A DNA stretch of 64,000 bases from an uncultured Actinomycetes bacterium (GCA_963704885.1 CAVPIB010000004.1:192001-256000); one strand, 5' to 3'; positions 10,190-21,976 are shown, counted from the first letter of the stretch. The notes: generated by a model from the letters alone, not told the origin. Made by a program: numbers and translations.

Positions 10190-10196
10190 TCAGTCC

Positions 10197-13082
10197 GTGG
10201 GCACCGAGCGGCTCGTCATCCACGGGGCCCGTGAGCACAACCTGAAGAACGTCACGCTCGATCTCCCCCGTGACAGGTTGATCGTGTTCACGGGTTTGTC
10301 CGGCTCCGGCAAGTCGTCGCTCGCCTTCGACACGATCTACGCCGAGGGTCAGCGTCGCTACGTGGAGTCTCTGTCGTCGTACGCGCGACAGTTCCTGGGA
10401 CAGATGGAGAAGCCCGACGTCGACTTCATCGAGGGACTCTCGCCCGCGATCTCGATCGACCAGAAGTCCACCAGTCGCAACCCCAGATCCACCGTGGGGA
10501 CCATCACCGAGGTGTACGACTACCTACGAGTGCTCTTCGCGCGGGTCGGGCATCCGCACTGCCCAAGCTGCGGCCGCCCGATCGGCCGGCAGACGCCGGA
10601 CCAGATAGTGGATCAGGTGATGGAGCTGCCCGAGGGGACCCGGTTCCAGGTGCTGGCTCCCATGGTCAGAGGCCGAAAGGGTGAGTACGAGAAGCTCCTG
10701 GGCGATCTGGGCCGTAAGGGTTTCCCCAGAGCCCGGATCGACGGCGAGGTCCGCGACCTGTCCGAGCCGATCCGTCTGCCGAAGAACTTCAAGCACACGA
10801 TCGAGGTCGTGGTCGATCGGTTGGTAGCCAAGTCGGACATCCGCCGACGTGTGGCCGACTCCATCGAGACAGCGCTGGAACTGGCCGAGGGGATCGCGGC
10901 GATCGCCGTGGAGACCCATGAAGGCGCCGAGGAGATCCAGAACTTCTCGCAGAAGCTGGCTTGCACTTTCGACGGCATCTCGTTCGACGAGCTGGCCCCC
11001 CGGAACTTCTCTTTCAACTCGCCGTATGGGGCGTGTCCCACCTGCGACGGCCTAGGGACCCGCCTCGAGGTCGACGCAGAGCTGGTGGTTCCCCACCCCG
11101 ACCTCACGATCGACGAAGGCGCCCTGGCCCCTTGGGCCAGTAACACGCTGGAGTACTGGTACCGCGTGCTGGAAGCGGTCGGTGAGGCGCACGGGTTCTC
11201 GCTCGACACCCCGTGGAAGAAGCTCCCGAAGGCCGCCCGTGATGTCGTGCTGTACGGCTCCGACACGGAGGTGTTCGTCCGTTACAAGAATCGATACAAC
11301 CGTCAGCGCGCGTATCACACCACCTACGAGGGGTGCATCCCCAACATCCAACGGCGGCACGCCGAGACCGACTCCGACGCCGCGCGCGAGAAGCTCGAGC
11401 AGTTCATGCGGGAGATCCCCTGCAGCGTGTGCCAAGGCATGCGGCTGCGCCCCGAGAGCCTGGCGGTCAGCGTCGGCGGCATCAACATCTCGGAGCTGAC
11501 CTCCAAGGCCATCCGCGATGCACTGGCGTTCATCGACGGCATGGAGCTTTCCGAACGCGAGCACATGATCGCCGAGCGATTGTTGAAGGAGATCCGTTCC
11601 CGGTTGGGCTTCCTGGTAGACGTGGGTCTCGACTACCTCTCGCTCGGGCGCGCTGCGGGGACACTCGCTGGTGGCGAGGCCCAGCGGATCCGACTGGCCA
11701 CCCAGATCGGCAGCGGGCTGGTGGGCGTCCTCTACATCCTGGATGAGCCTTCCATCGGCCTGCATCAGCGCGACAACCGCCGTCTGATCGACACGTTGAT
11801 CCGGCTGCGTGACATCGGGAACACCTTGATCGTCGTGGAGCACGACGAGGCCACGATCATGGAGGCCGACCACATCGTGGACATCGGGCCGCTTGCGGGG
11901 GAGCGCGGCGGCGAGATCGTCTACACGGGTGATCTGAAGGGGCTACTCGAAGAGGAGCGGTCGCTCACGGGGGCGTACCTATCGGGGCGCCGCCAGATAC
12001 CCACCCCGCGGGTCCGCCGCTCGCCCGGTAAACGCCGCTTGCGCCTGGAGGGTGTGCGCGAGCACAACCTGCAGGACGTGACCGTGGACATCCCACTGGG
12101 GCTCTTCGTCTGTGTCACCGGTGTGAGCGGGTCCGGGAAATCCACGCTTGTCCAAGACGTGATGTTGCGCGCGCTGATGCAGAAGATCTATCGGTCACGC
12201 CTGCTACCCGGCAAGCACAAGCGCATGCTCGGCTGGGAGCAGTTGGACAAGGTGATCGACATCGACCAGTCGCCGATCGGCCGCACGCCCCGGTCGAACC
12301 CGGCCACCTACACGGGCGTGTTCGACCACATCCGCAAGCTGTTCGCGCAGGTGCCCGAGGCGCGCCTCCGCGGGTTCCTGCCGGGGCGGTTCTCGTTCAA
12401 CGTACGCGGCGGCCGCTGCGAGAACTGCGCGGGGGACGGACAGATCAAGATCGAGATGCACTTCCTGCCCGATGTCTACGTGACGTGCGAGCTATGCAAG
12501 GGTCGCCGGTACAACCGCGAGACGCTCGAGGTGAAGTACAAGGGACGCACGATCGCCGACGTCTTGGAGATGAGTGTGGACGAGGCCCTCGAGTTCTTCC
12601 AAAACATCCCGCCCATCAAGCGACACATGCAGACGCTGTCCGAGGTCGGGTTGGGCTACATCAAGTTGGGGCAACCTGCGCCCACCCTCTCGGGGGGCGA
12701 GGCGCAGCGGATCAAGCTCTCGTCCGAGTTGCACAAGCGGGCTACAGGGAACACCATCTACGTCCTGGACGAACCCACGACCGGCCTGCATTTCGAGGAC
12801 ATCCGCAAGCTGCTCGGCGTGCTGCAAAGGCTCGTCGCCACCGGGAACACGGTCTTGGTGATCGAGCACAACCTTGACGTCGTCAAGACCGCGGACTGGA
12901 TCATCGACCTGGGTCCCGAGGGAGGGGACATGGGTGGCATGCTCGTCGCTGCGGGCACGCCCGAGGACATCGCGGCCGATCCCGGTTCCCATACCGGCCG
13001 GTTCCTGGCCGAGGTCCTGGGCAGACCGGTGATCGCCGATCAGGCCGATCAGGATGAACTTGAGCTTGTGCCGCAGGTGTGA
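10197..13082 (+). CDS. uvrA: Excinuclease ABC subunit A
   Basis: [17 protein letters not shown], zinc fingers, second Walker [18 protein letters not shown]; GTG at 10197 preferred as a leaderless start. Confidence 0.98.
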   Translation: MGTERLVIHGAREHNLKNVTLDLPRDRLIVFTGLSGSGKSSLAFDTIYAEGQRRYVESLSSYARQFLGQMEKPDVDFIEGLSPAISIDQKSTSRNPRSTVGTITEVYDYLRVLFARVGHPHCPSCGRPIGRQTPDQIVDQVMELPEGTRFQVLAPMVRGRKGEYEKLLGDLGRKGFPRARIDGEVRDLSEPIRLPKNFKHTIEVVVDRLVAKSDIRRRVADSIETALELAEGIAAIAVETHEGAEEIQNFSQKLACTFDGISFDELAPRNFSFNSPYGACPTCDGLGTRLEVDAELVVPHPDLTIDEGALAPWASNTLEYWYRVLEAVGEAHGFSLDTPWKKLPKAARDVVLYGSDTEVFVRYKNRYNRQRAYHTTYEGCIPNIQRRHAETDSDAAREKLEQFMREIPCSVCQGMRLRPESLAVSVGGINISELTSKAIRDALAFIDGMELSEREHMIAERLLKEIRSRLGFLVDVGLDYLSLGRAAGTLAGGEAQRIRLATQIGSGLVGVLYILDEPSIGLHQRDNRRLIDTLIRLRDIGNTLIVVEHDEATIMEADHIVDIGPLAGERGGEIVYTGDLKGLLEEERSLTGAYLSGRRQIPTPRVRRSPGKRRLRLEGVREHNLQDVTVDIPLGLFVCVTGVSGSGKSTLVQDVMLRALMQKIYRSRLLPGKHKRMLGWEQLDKVIDIDQSPIGRTPRSNPATYTGVFDHIRKLFAQVPEARLRGFLPGRFSFNVRGGRCENCAGDGQIKIEMHFLPDVYVTCELCKGRRYNRETLEVKYKGRTIADVLEMSVDEALEFFQNIPPIKRHMQTLSEVGLGYIKLGQPAPTLSGGEAQRIKLSSELHKRATGNTIYVLDEPTTGLHFEDIRKLLGVLQRLVATGNTVLVIEHNLDVVKTADWIIDLGPEGGDMGGMLVAAGTPEDIAADPGSHTGRFLAEVLGRPVIADQADQDELELVPQV

Positions 13083-13084
13083 GG

Positions 13085-14776
13085 ATGCTTGCTAGGATTC
13101 CCGCCGACGTGGCAAAGCGCCTCCTGATCCTTTCATGCGCGGCGGCCCTCTTGACGGCCGCCTGTAGCGATCCTGCGCCGGCGGAGGTCGACTATGGCTC
13201 GGGTGTGGAGTTCGTACCGTTCGTGGCCGACAACCTGGACGACGCGGGATTGGGGAACGCGATCGCCCTGGATCAGGACGGCGTCCCGTACACCTCCTAC
13301 CTGATCTTTCCGGGCGAGCTGAAGGCCGACGCCATCCCGATACCGCGCCCGATCGGCGCACCATTCATCCTCACGACCGCATCAGCGTCTGAGCCATCCG
13401 AGGAGGGGGCGGCGGTCGGCGTCGCGAGCGTCAGCGCGGACGGCACGTGGACCCGTGGTGCGGCCGCCCAGGTTCAGGATCCCCCTCTGAGGGTCATCGT
13501 TCCCTATGGACCGGCAACGGTTGAGAGCCTGATCGGCTCCACGGCCGCGAACACGAACGGGACCGACATCGCCATCGGCGCGAACGGTGGCAAGCACGTG
13601 GTCTGGGCCGGCCGGGACGGCATCTGGTACGCGGGCGGGGTCGATGGGTTTACGCAGTCGCTGGTCGAGGAGTGGGTGCCCTCTCTAGACCACGCCGGAC
13701 CGCTCGGGCGCCCTTCGGTCGCGGTCGATGAGGCGGACACGCCCTGGGTGGCCTACACCGTGGTCACTCCGACCGGGCAAGCCGTGCAGGTAGCCACCCT
13801 CGCAGGCGATGAGTGGACCACCGAGACGGTGGCCACGATCGGATCGTGCTTGGGCTCCGGGTGTTCGCAACCTGGTCCCACCCAGATCGGGATGACCTCT
13901 GGCGGTCCCGTGGTGGTGTATGTCGACGGGGTGACCGAGGACCTGATGGCGGCGACCAAGAACGGCGATCAGTGGACCACTTCGGTGGTGCACGCGGGCG
14001 TCGCCCCGACGGGGCTCTCCATGACGGTGGGCGCAGACGGCGATCCGCTGACGGCCTACTACGGCGATGGATCCGTCTACCTGGCGAGCTCTTCCGGAGC
14101 AGGCTGGACGACAGCCAAGGTGGCCGATGCCAACCCCGGCGACGGCACCGGCAACTTCGCCCAGACGACCGGGGTCGCGCGGGACGACGAGGGCATCGTC
14201 TACGTAGCTTGGTTCGACCAGGGGAAGGGCGTCCTTCTCTCCAGCGGCGACGGATCCGCGTTCACCCTCGTCGAGACCCCTGACGCCACCGGGGGCGGAT
14301 ACCCATCCCTGGCGGTGAGTGGTGACGGCAAGTATGTCTTCCTGGCGTGGTACGACCTCTCGTCGGAGGACCTGTTGCTCGGCGTGCAGGGACCGGTCGA
14401 TGACCTCTTGGTGGCACAACCGAGTCCCACAGCTGCTGAGGCTCCTCCCGCCTCAGAGGCGCCGACCGTCGAGTGTCCGAAGGACGGGATCCCGCTGATC
14501 GCGCCACCAGGCGCGACGGCCGCTGGCTTCGACGTCACGGAGCTGACGGCCCCGGCCGACACGCCCTTCACGATCTGCTTCGACAACCGGGACTCGACCG
14601 TTCCACACAACGTGAACGTGCTCGACTCGCAGGGAGGAACGTCACTCGCGGCGGGGAGCATCATCGCCGGTCCGGCGAAGGAGAACCTGGAGGTGCCTGC
14701 CCAGACAGCCGGCGCGTACTTCTTCCAGTGCGACGTCCATCCCACCACCATGACGGGCACGCTCACCGTCAAGTAG
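13085..14776 (+). CDS. Lipoprotein with beta-rich repeat domain and C-terminal cupredoxin (type-1 copper) domain
   Basis: Lipobox LTAAC; repeated W-x-T/Y-V-A-W beta strands; Pro/Ala linker; PHNV...YFFQCDVHPTTMTG supplies His, Cys, His, Met ligands. Start could be 13079. Confidence 0.75.
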   Translation: MLARIPADVAKRLLILSCAAALLTAACSDPAPAEVDYGSGVEFVPFVADNLDDAGLGNAIALDQDGVPYTSYLIFPGELKADAIPIPRPIGAPFILTTASASEPSEEGAAVGVASVSADGTWTRGAAAQVQDPPLRVIVPYGPATVESLIGSTAANTNGTDIAIGANGGKHVVWAGRDGIWYAGGVDGFTQSLVEEWVPSLDHAGPLGRPSVAVDEADTPWVAYTVVTPTGQAVQVATLAGDEWTTETVATIGSCLGSGCSQPGPTQIGMTSGGPVVVYVDGVTEDLMAATKNGDQWTTSVVHAGVAPTGLSMTVGADGDPLTAYYGDGSVYLASSSGAGWTTAKVADANPGDGTGNFAQTTGVARDDEGIVYVAWFDQGKGVLLSSGDGSAFTLVETPDATGGGYPSLAVSGDGKYVFLAWYDLSSEDLLLGVQGPVDDLLVAQPSPTAAEAPPASEAPTVECPKDGIPLIAPPGATAAGFDVTELTAPADTPFTICFDNRDSTVPHNVNVLDSQGGTSLAAGSIIAGPAKENLEVPAQTAGAYFFQCDVHPTTMTGTLTVK

Positions 14777-14796
14777 AGCGCGATCCATCCGGGGTG

Positions 14797-14818
14797 GGTC
14801 GGCGTCCCCCCCTAGAAT
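14797..14818 (+). promoter_or_regulatory. PafBC-type promoter variant GGTCGG-N10-TAGAAT
   Basis: One mismatch to TGTCGG, same 10-nt spacer, 6 nt before the uvrC GTG. Confidence 0.6.
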
Positions 14819-14824
14819 GAGCGG

Positions 14825-16702
14825 GTGAGCGTCCCCCGACCGGACACGTCGAGCATCCCCGACGCGCCGGGCGCCTACCTCTTCCGCGACGCCGACGGTC
14901 GCGTCGTCTACGTGGGCAAGGCCCGGTCGTTGCGCAAGCGCGTCATCAGCTATTGGGGCAAGCCTCTTCATCCGCGCACCCAGGCCATGACCGAGGCTGC
15001 CGAGACCATCGAGTGGATGATCGCCTCCACAGAGGTCGACGCCTTGATGCTCGAGTACAACCTGATCCAGACCCACCGCCCGCGCTTCAACATCCGCTAC
15101 CGCGACGACAAGTCCTACCCGTTCCTGGCGCTCACGGTGGGGGAGACGTGGCCGCGCGCCCAGGTCCTGCGGGGTGCCAAGCGGAAGAACGTTCGCTACT
15201 TCGGGCCCTACGGCCATGCATGGGCCATCCGCGACACGCTCGACGCCCTCACGCGTGTGTTCCCGGTTCGGACCTGCACGAACAGTTTCTTCGACCAGCG
15301 CGCCCGATCGGGCCGACCCTGCCTGTACTACGACATCGGGCGGTGCTCTGGGCCATGCGTGCCGGCGGCAACCGGCGTCACCGAGGGCTCCTACCGCGCC
15401 GACGTGGACGCGCTCGGGGATTTCCTGGCGGGGAACACCCGTCCGGTGATAGCCCGGCTCGAACGCGAGATGACCGCGGCCGCCGAGCGCCAGGAGTACG
15501 AGCAGGCGGCAAAGCTCCGAGATCAGCTCGGCGCCGCCCGGCGGGCCATGGAGACCCAGGAGATGGTCCTCACCCAACCCGAGGACCTGGACGTGATCGG
15601 TATGGCGGAAGATGATCTGGAGGCGGCCTTCCAGGTGTTCTTCGTCCGGGGCGGGCGGGTCCTCGGCCGGCGTGGCTGGGTGGTAGACCGGGTGGAGGAC
15701 CTGGATCGTGCGGAGCTCGTGGGATCGTTCGTCAGACAGCTCTACATGGAGCGCCAGGAGGTCCCGGCTCGCGTCCTCACGCCCTCGGTGCCCGACGGGC
15801 GCGAGGTCCTCGAGTTGTGGCTGGGTGCTCGCAGGGGAACGAAGGTCTCGATCGCGGTGCCGGAGCGCGGGGCGAAACGGCAGCTGATGGAGACGGTCAC
15901 GCGCAACGCCGAGGAGTCGTTCCACCGGCACAAGCTGAAGCGGGCGTCGGACTTCGGCGCCAGATCCCGGGCTCTTTCCGAGTTGGCCGAGCAGCTCGGA
16001 CTGCCGCAGGCGCCGCTGCGGATGGAGTGCTTCGACATCTCGAACCTCGGGCCGACGGACAAGGTCGGCTCCATGGTCGTGTTCGAAGACGGGTTGCCGA
16101 AGCGAGCCGACTACCGTCGATTCGCGATCACGGGCGTTCCTGGCCAGGACGATTTCGCAAGCATGGAGGAGATGCTCCGCCGCCGTTTCGCTCGCCTGCT
16201 CCAAGAGCGCGATCGGCCCGTCGGTACGAAACGACGCTTCTCCTACCCCCCCTCGCTCGTGGTGATAGACGGAGGGAAGGGCCAGCTTGGCGTCTGCAGC
16301 AAGGTCCTGGCCGACCTTGGACTGAACATCCCGCACCTGGGCCTGGCCAAGCGATTGGAGGAGGTCTACTTCCCAGGACGTCCCGAGCCGCTGATGATCC
16401 CCCGGGGGTCGGAGGCGCTGTTCGTTCTCCAGCACATCCGAGACGAAGCGCACCGGTTCGCCATCACGTATCACCGGCAGAAGCGGGCCAAGCGGGCGCT
16501 GGCCTCACCGCTCGACGAGATCCGGGGCGTCGGTCCGTCCAGGAAGAAGGCGCTGCTGAAGCGGTTCGGCTCCCTCTCCCGGCTGCGAGAGGCAACACCC
16601 GATCAGATCGCCGCCACGCCCGGGGTCGGTCCTGACCTGGCGGCAGTCGTGTACGAGCACCTGCACGGCTCGCCGGACGCCACGCAGCGGGTGAGCGCCT
16701 GA
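14825..16702 (+). CDS. uvrC: Excinuclease ABC subunit C
   Basis: GIY-YIG domain (PGAYLF..YVGKA..LRKRV), DDKSYP, ECFDISN, IDGGKGQ, RDEAHRFA, HhH motifs. Confidence 0.97.
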   Translation: MSVPRPDTSSIPDAPGAYLFRDADGRVVYVGKARSLRKRVISYWGKPLHPRTQAMTEAAETIEWMIASTEVDALMLEYNLIQTHRPRFNIRYRDDKSYPFLALTVGETWPRAQVLRGAKRKNVRYFGPYGHAWAIRDTLDALTRVFPVRTCTNSFFDQRARSGRPCLYYDIGRCSGPCVPAATGVTEGSYRADVDALGDFLAGNTRPVIARLEREMTAAAERQEYEQAAKLRDQLGAARRAMETQEMVLTQPEDLDVIGMAEDDLEAAFQVFFVRGGRVLGRRGWVVDRVEDLDRAELVGSFVRQLYMERQEVPARVLTPSVPDGREVLELWLGARRGTKVSIAVPERGAKRQLMETVTRNAEESFHRHKLKRASDFGARSRALSELAEQLGLPQAPLRMECFDISNLGPTDKVGSMVVFEDGLPKRADYRRFAITGVPGQDDFASMEEMLRRRFARLLQERDRPVGTKRRFSYPPSLVVIDGGKGQLGVCSKVLADLGLNIPHLGLAKRLEEVYFPGRPEPLMIPRGSEALFVLQHIRDEAHRFAITYHRQKRAKRALASPLDEIRGVGPSRKKALLKRFGSLSRLREATPDQIAATPGVGPDLAAVVYEHLHGSPDATQRVSA

Positions 16703-17607
16703 TGCCCCGCACCGTCCTGCCCGGTCCCGATCACGCCGCTGAGCAGACGTCGCCGGCGTTCACGCTCATCACGGGTGTGTCCGGCGCTGGCCGCTCCGAG
16801 GCCGCCCATTCGCTCGAGGACCTGGGTTACTTCGTGGTCGACAATCTCCCACCGGCGTTGCTGCCGAAGATGGCGGAATTGGCGTCGCGGCCGGGAGGCC
16901 CGGCCCGGGTCGCCATCGTCGTGGACGCGCGTGGCGGGGTCTTCTTCGGCGAGCTGTCCAAGGCGTTGGAGGACCTGGACCAGGAGCGCGTCGAGTACCG
17001 GATCCTGTACCTGGATGCGTCCGACGACGATCTGGTCAACCGCTACGAGGCCACTCGCCGCCGGCACCCGCTCGCGCCCGCGGACCGAGTGGTGGAGGGG
17101 ATCCGCAAGGAGCGGCTCATGATGGAGAGCCTGCGTGGCGATGCCGACCTGATCATGGACACCTCGGATCTGACGCCGCACGAACTCAGGGAGAAGATCC
17201 GCGAGGCGTTCGCCGAGTCGCCCCCCGAGCATGGCCTGAAGGTGACGCTCATCTCGTTCGGTTTCAAGTACGGGGCCCCACGTGACGCCGACATGATGCT
17301 CGACGTGCGTTTCCTGCCCAACCCCCACTGGGTCGACGTGCTCCGGCCACTGCCGGGCACGGATCAGCGGGTGCGCTCTTACGTCGAGGGCCAGCCGCAA
17401 TACCGAGACTTCATCGATCGTCTCCGGGGGCTGCTCGACGTGGTCGTCCCCGGCTACGTCGACGAAGGGAAGTCCTATCTAACGATCGCGGTGGGATGCA
17501 CCGGGGGCCGGCATCGCTCGGTCGTGGCCTCCGAGGAGCTTGCCCGCTATTTCAAGGAACGGGGCCAACCCGTAGCCGTGGAACACCGCGACCTCGAACG
17601 GAGTTAG
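16702..17607 (+). CDS. rapZ: RNase adapter RapZ/YvcJ family P-loop protein
   Basis: ITGVSGAGRS, VDNLP, SFGFKYG, DVRFLPNP, GCTGGRHRSV. Confidence 0.95.
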   Translation: MPRTVLPGPDHAAEQTSPAFTLITGVSGAGRSEAAHSLEDLGYFVVDNLPPALLPKMAELASRPGGPARVAIVVDARGGVFFGELSKALEDLDQERVEYRILYLDASDDDLVNRYEATRRRHPLAPADRVVEGIRKERLMMESLRGDADLIMDTSDLTPHELREKIREAFAESPPEHGLKVTLISFGFKYGAPRDADMMLDVRFLPNPHWVDVLRPLPGTDQRVRSYVEGQPQYRDFIDRLRGLLDVVVPGYVDEGKSYLTIAVGCTGGRHRSVVASEELARYFKERGQPVAVEHRDLERS

Positions 17608-17728
17608 GCGCCAGCGCGGATCCTGGAGCCGATCGGTCGTAGTCCCGGTGCGTCCAGGACATCCCGCCCGGTCGGACGTGCCGTGGGCTGGCTAGGATGG
17701 GTCCGCCCCAGCCTTCTAGGAGGATCTC

Positions 17729-18736
17729 GTGACGACGAAGATCGGCATCAATGGGTTCGGACGGATCGGCCGCAACTTCTTCCGAGCGGCCAAGGAACGA
17801 GGAGCGGACTTCGACTTCGTCGCGGCGAACGATCTACTCCCGCTCGACCTCATGGCCCATCTGCTGAAGTACGACACGATCCTTGGCACGTTCGGGGCCG
17901 ACGTAGAGGTCGTCGGCGATGACATCAAGGTCGATGCAGATACTCTGAAGATGCTCGCGGAACGCGATCCCAAAGCCCTGCCGTGGAAGGAGCTCGGCGT
18001 CGACGTGGTCGTCGAGTGCTCGGGGTTGTTCACCGATCGCGAGAAGGCGGCCCAGCATCTCGACGCCGGCGCGCCGGTCGTCATCATCTCGGCGCCCGGC
18101 AAGGATGTGGACGGCACCTTCGTGGTTGGGGTGAACGACGACACCTACGACCCAACGCGTCACAAGGTGATCTCTAACGCATCTTGCACCACGAACTGCT
18201 TCGTCCCCATGGTCAAGGTGCTCGACGACGCGTTCGGCGTGGAGCGCGGATTGATGACCACCGTGCACGCCTACACGGGCACGCAGGCGCTGGTAGACGG
18301 ACCGTCGAAGGATCTGCGCGAGGCGCGCGCGGCCGCCCTCAACATCATCCCGTCCTCGACCGGCGCGGCGCGCGCAACGAGCCTGGTGCTCGAGGCGATG
18401 AAGGGCCGCCTCGACGGGCAGGCGCTAAGGGTTCCCGTCGCGGACGGGTCGATCACCGACTTCACGGCGATCCTCGGGAGGGACGTCACGGCCGACGACG
18501 TGAAGGGCGCGTTCCGCGCCGCATCAGAGTCGGGACCGCTCAGCGAGGTGCTCGTCTACTCCGAGGCGCCGATCGTCTCATCCGACATCGTAGGTTCGCC
18601 CGCGTCCTGCACGTTCGACGCGCCACTCACGATGGCGCTGGGCAACATGGTCAAGGTCATGGGCTGGTACGACAACGAGTGGGGCTATTCGAACCGGCTC
18701 GTCGATCTCGTCCAGCGGGTCGCGTCGACACGGTGA
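17729..18736 (+). CDS. gap: Type I glyceraldehyde-3-phosphate dehydrogenase
   Basis: [28 protein letters not shown]; AGGAGG RBS upstream. Confidence 0.98.
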   Translation: MTTKIGINGFGRIGRNFFRAAKERGADFDFVAANDLLPLDLMAHLLKYDTILGTFGADVEVVGDDIKVDADTLKMLAERDPKALPWKELGVDVVVECSGLFTDREKAAQHLDAGAPVVIISAPGKDVDGTFVVGVNDDTYDPTRHKVISNASCTTNCFVPMVKVLDDAFGVERGLMTTVHAYTGTQALVDGPSKDLREARAAALNIIPSSTGAARATSLVLEAMKGRLDGQALRVPVADGSITDFTAILGRDVTADDVKGAFRAASESGPLSEVLVYSEAPIVSSDIVGSPASCTFDAPLTMALGNMVKVMGWYDNEWGYSNRLVDLVQRVASTR

Positions 18737-19914
18737 CGCTTCGCACGCTCGACGACCTCGGCGACGTCTCCGGCCTGCGGATCTTCGTCCGCGTGGACTT
18801 CAACGTGCCCTTGCACGACGGCGGGGTCGCAGACGATATGCGGATCCGCGCCACGGTTCCTACGCTCCGGGAGCTGCTCGACGGCGGCGCGCAGCTGGTT
18901 CTGGCATCTCACCTGGGACGGCCCAGGGGCGAGGTGCGCGACGACCTCCGTCTCACGCCGGTCGGAGCCCGGCTGGCGGAGCTGCTGGGCCAGCCGGTGT
19001 TGGCGCTGTCCACCACCGTGCCGGAAACATCGCCCGAGGACCCCGTCGTCCTGCTCGAGAACCTGCGGTTCGATCCGGGCGAGGAGGCGAACGACCCGTT
19101 GTTCGCCGGAGGGCTGGCGGAACTCGCGGACGCCTACGTCGACGATGCGTTCGGGGCGGCCCACCGGGCGCACGCGAGCGTCTCGGCCCTACCTGAGTTG
19201 ATGCTGGCGACGGGACGCCCCGCCGTTGCCGGTCGGCTCCTGCAACGCGAGGTTCAGGTCCTAGGCGACCTCGTACGAGACCCGGCGAGGCCCTACGTGG
19301 CGATCCTCGGCGGGGCAAAGGTGTCGGACAAGCTCGGCACCATCAACGCCCTCCTCGAACGGGTCGACGCCCTGCTGATCGGCGGCGCCATGGCGTTCAC
19401 CCTGATCGCCGCCCGGGGAGGAGCGGTCGGAGACAGCCTGGTGGAGCCCGATCGGTTCGACGAAGTTCTGGCTGCGATCGACCGGGCGGAAGAGCGCGGG
19501 GTCGTGATCGTGATGCCGAGCGATGTCGTCGCGGCCCAAGAGGTTTCCGCCGAGGTGCCGGTCAGGACGGTCCCTGCGGACGAGATCCCTGCCGGTTGGA
19601 AGGGGCTAGATATCGGCCCGGTCACCGTGGCGGCCTTCGCGGACGTGATCGCGTCGGGTGCGACGGTCCTTTGGAACGGACCTATGGGGGTGTTCGAACT
19701 GGAGCCGTTCGCCGCTGGCACGCGTGGCGTGGCCGAGGCCGTGGCGGCCTCCGACGCGTTCAGCGTGGTCGGCGGCGGCGACAGTCTTCTGGCCGTGCGG
19801 CAGTCGGGTCTGGACATCGCGTTCGACCATCTCTCGACCGGCGGCGGCGCCTCGCTCGAGTTCCTGGAGGGCAAGGAGTTGCCAGGCATCACGATCCTGG
19901 AGGACGGCTCGTGA
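18733..19914 (+). CDS. pgk: Phosphoglycerate kinase
   Basis: [47 protein letters not shown]; GTGA overlap with gap. Confidence 0.97.
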   Translation: MTLRTLDDLGDVSGLRIFVRVDFNVPLHDGGVADDMRIRATVPTLRELLDGGAQLVLASHLGRPRGEVRDDLRLTPVGARLAELLGQPVLALSTTVPETSPEDPVVLLENLRFDPGEEANDPLFAGGLAELADAYVDDAFGAAHRAHASVSALPELMLATGRPAVAGRLLQREVQVLGDLVRDPARPYVAILGGAKVSDKLGTINALLERVDALLIGGAMAFTLIAARGGAVGDSLVEPDRFDEVLAAIDRAEERGVVIVMPSDVVAAQEVSAEVPVRTVPADEIPAGWKGLDIGPVTVAAFADVIASGATVLWNGPMGVFELEPFAAGTRGVAEAVAASDAFSVVGGGDSLLAVRQSGLDIAFDHLSTGGGASLEFLEGKELPGITILEDGS

Positions 19915-20681
19915 GCGAGCGACGCCCGATCATGGCGGCGAACTGGAAGATGCACAAGACGCACCTCGAGGCGATCCAGGCCGTGCAGAAGCTCTCCTAT
20001 CTGTTGGACAAGGATGACGGCGATCGCGTCGAGGTGGTCATCTGTCCGCCCTTCACGGCTTTGCGTTCGGTGCAGACGTTGATCGAGTCCGACCGTCTCG
20101 GGTACGGCCTCGGGGCGCAGAACGTCCACACCCAAGACAAGGGCGCATTCACCGGTGAGGTCTCGCCACCCATGCTCGTGGCGCTGAAGGTCGACTACGT
20201 GATCGTCGGTCACTCCGAGCGACGTGAGCTGTTCAGCGAGGACGATCGGCTGGTCAACAGGAAGGTAAGGGCCGTGTTCGCCCACGGCATGAAGCCGATC
20301 GTGTGCGTCGGGGAAACCCTGGAGGAGCGCGACGCCGGCGGCACCGAGTCGAAGATCCAGCAGCAGGTCAAGCGCGCGTTCGAGGAAGTTCCCCCGGAGC
20401 AGGCAACCTCGGTCGTCGTTGCCTACGAACCGATCTGGGCGATCGGAACGGGCCGCAACGCCGAGCCGGCCGACGCCGGCCAGGTCGTGCAGCTCATCCG
20501 AGGCGTCCTGGGCGAACGCTACGGCGATGCCGTCGCCCAGGGCATCAGGGTCCAGTACGGCGGCAGCGTGAAGCCCGGGAACATCCGAGACTTCATGGCC
20601 CACCCCGAGATCGACGGCGCTCTCGTAGGCGGCGCCAGCCTGGATCCCGAGGACTTCGCTCTCATCGTGAAGTACCGTTGA
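19911..20681 (+). CDS. tpiA: Triosephosphate isomerase
   Basis: [42 protein letters not shown]. Confidence 0.98.
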   Translation: MSERRPIMAANWKMHKTHLEAIQAVQKLSYLLDKDDGDRVEVVICPPFTALRSVQTLIESDRLGYGLGAQNVHTQDKGAFTGEVSPPMLVALKVDYVIVGHSERRELFSEDDRLVNRKVRAVFAHGMKPIVCVGETLEERDAGGTESKIQQQVKRAFEEVPPEQATSVVVAYEPIWAIGTGRNAEPADAGQVVQLIRGVLGERYGDAVAQGIRVQYGGSVKPGNIRDFMAHPEIDGALVGGASLDPEDFALIVKYR

Positions 20682-20692
20682 AGGAGCCTTCG

Positions 20693-21976
20693 GTGAAGAA
20701 GCTTCTGTACGTGTGCCTGGACGGACTCGGCGACGACCCCATCCCCGAACTGGATCACAGAACACCGCTCGAGGCCGCGCCCACGCCTGCGCTAGACGCG
20801 CTCGCCGCCCGTGGTCGGACCGGCTCCGTGGTCACCGTCGGCGAGGGGATCGCCCCGGAGTCCGACATCGCCGTCTTCGCGATCTTGGGCTACGACCCGC
20901 GAGAGGAGCACCCCGGACGCGGCGTCGTTGAGGCCGTCGGTTCGGACATGGAGTTCCGAGACGGGGACCTGGCCTACAGGGTGAACTTCGCCACGGGCGG
21001 ATGGCCCGACATCATCGACCGGCGGGTGGGCCGCGATCTCTCGTCCGAGGAGTCCCATGCACTCGCTGATGAGGTGAACCAGAAGCTCTCGCTCCCCAAC
21101 GCCTCGTTCACGCTGGCGGCCACCGTCGAGCATCGCGGCTCGTTGGTGATCCGCGCGGACGATGGAGCGCTCTCGGCCGAGGTCACCAACACCGATCCCG
21201 CCTACCGCAAGGAAGGGTCCCTCGGGGTGGCGCTCGAGACCTTCGAGCCGATCGTGGCCACCTGCGAGCCGCTGCAGGACCTCGACGCCGCTCATCGAGC
21301 GGCCGAGCTCACGAACCTGTTCGTCCGCGAAGCGGCGAGGATCCTCGACGCCTCTGAGGTCAACGACGAACGGCGTCGTCTGGGGAAGCTCCCTGGGAAC
21401 CTCATCCTCACGCGCGACGGTGGGGACCACCTGCCCGAGCTTCAGGACATCCGCTCGCGCTTCGGCCCCGACTGGGGGTGCTTCGTGGAGATGCCGGTGG
21501 AACGCGGCATCGCGAAGATGCTGGGGATGCATCCGGTCGCGGCGCCTCGCTTGACCATCGACGCCTCGCCTGAGGCGGCGGTCGCGCAGTACGCCGGGTG
21601 GGCGAGCCTGGCGGCCGATGCGCTTGGGGGCTACGACGCGCTCTACGTTCACATAAAGGGCCCAGACGTCCCCGCGCACGACGGCCGGTTCGAAGACAAG
21701 CGCGACGTGATCGCCGCGATAGACGCCGGCTTCTTCTCGGAGATCATGAGAGCCATCGATCCAGCGACCACGATCGTCGCCGTGACCGCCGACCACTCGA
21801 CCTCGTGTGTCCGCAAGGCGCACACCGCCGAGCCGGTCCCGCTCGTGGTGAGCGGGGGCGGCGTTTCGTCGGACGGATCCTCCACCTTCGGGGAGCACGC
21901 ATGCGCCACCGGGTCGCTGGGGCAGCTTAGAGGGGTCGACATCCTCCCTCGCTTGACCTCGCTCATGACGTCGTAG
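20693..21976 (+). CDS. apgM: 2,3-bisphosphoglycerate-independent phosphoglycerate mutase, archaeal/ApgM type
   Basis: LDGLGD, TPLEAA.TP.LD, PESD.A, GRG..EA.G, HIKGPDVPAHDG, TADHST, HT.EPVP; AAGGAG RBS; follows tpiA. Confidence 0.85.
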   Translation: MKKLLYVCLDGLGDDPIPELDHRTPLEAAPTPALDALAARGRTGSVVTVGEGIAPESDIAVFAILGYDPREEHPGRGVVEAVGSDMEFRDGDLAYRVNFATGGWPDIIDRRVGRDLSSEESHALADEVNQKLSLPNASFTLAATVEHRGSLVIRADDGALSAEVTNTDPAYRKEGSLGVALETFEPIVATCEPLQDLDAAHRAAELTNLFVREAARILDASEVNDERRRLGKLPGNLILTRDGGDHLPELQDIRSRFGPDWGCFVEMPVERGIAKMLGMHPVAAPRLTIDASPEAAVAQYAGWASLAADALGGYDALYVHIKGPDVPAHDGRFEDKRDVIAAIDAGFFSEIMRAIDPATTIVAVTADHSTSCVRKAHTAEPVPLVVSGGGVSSDGSSTFGEHACATGSLGQLRGVDILPRLTSLMTS

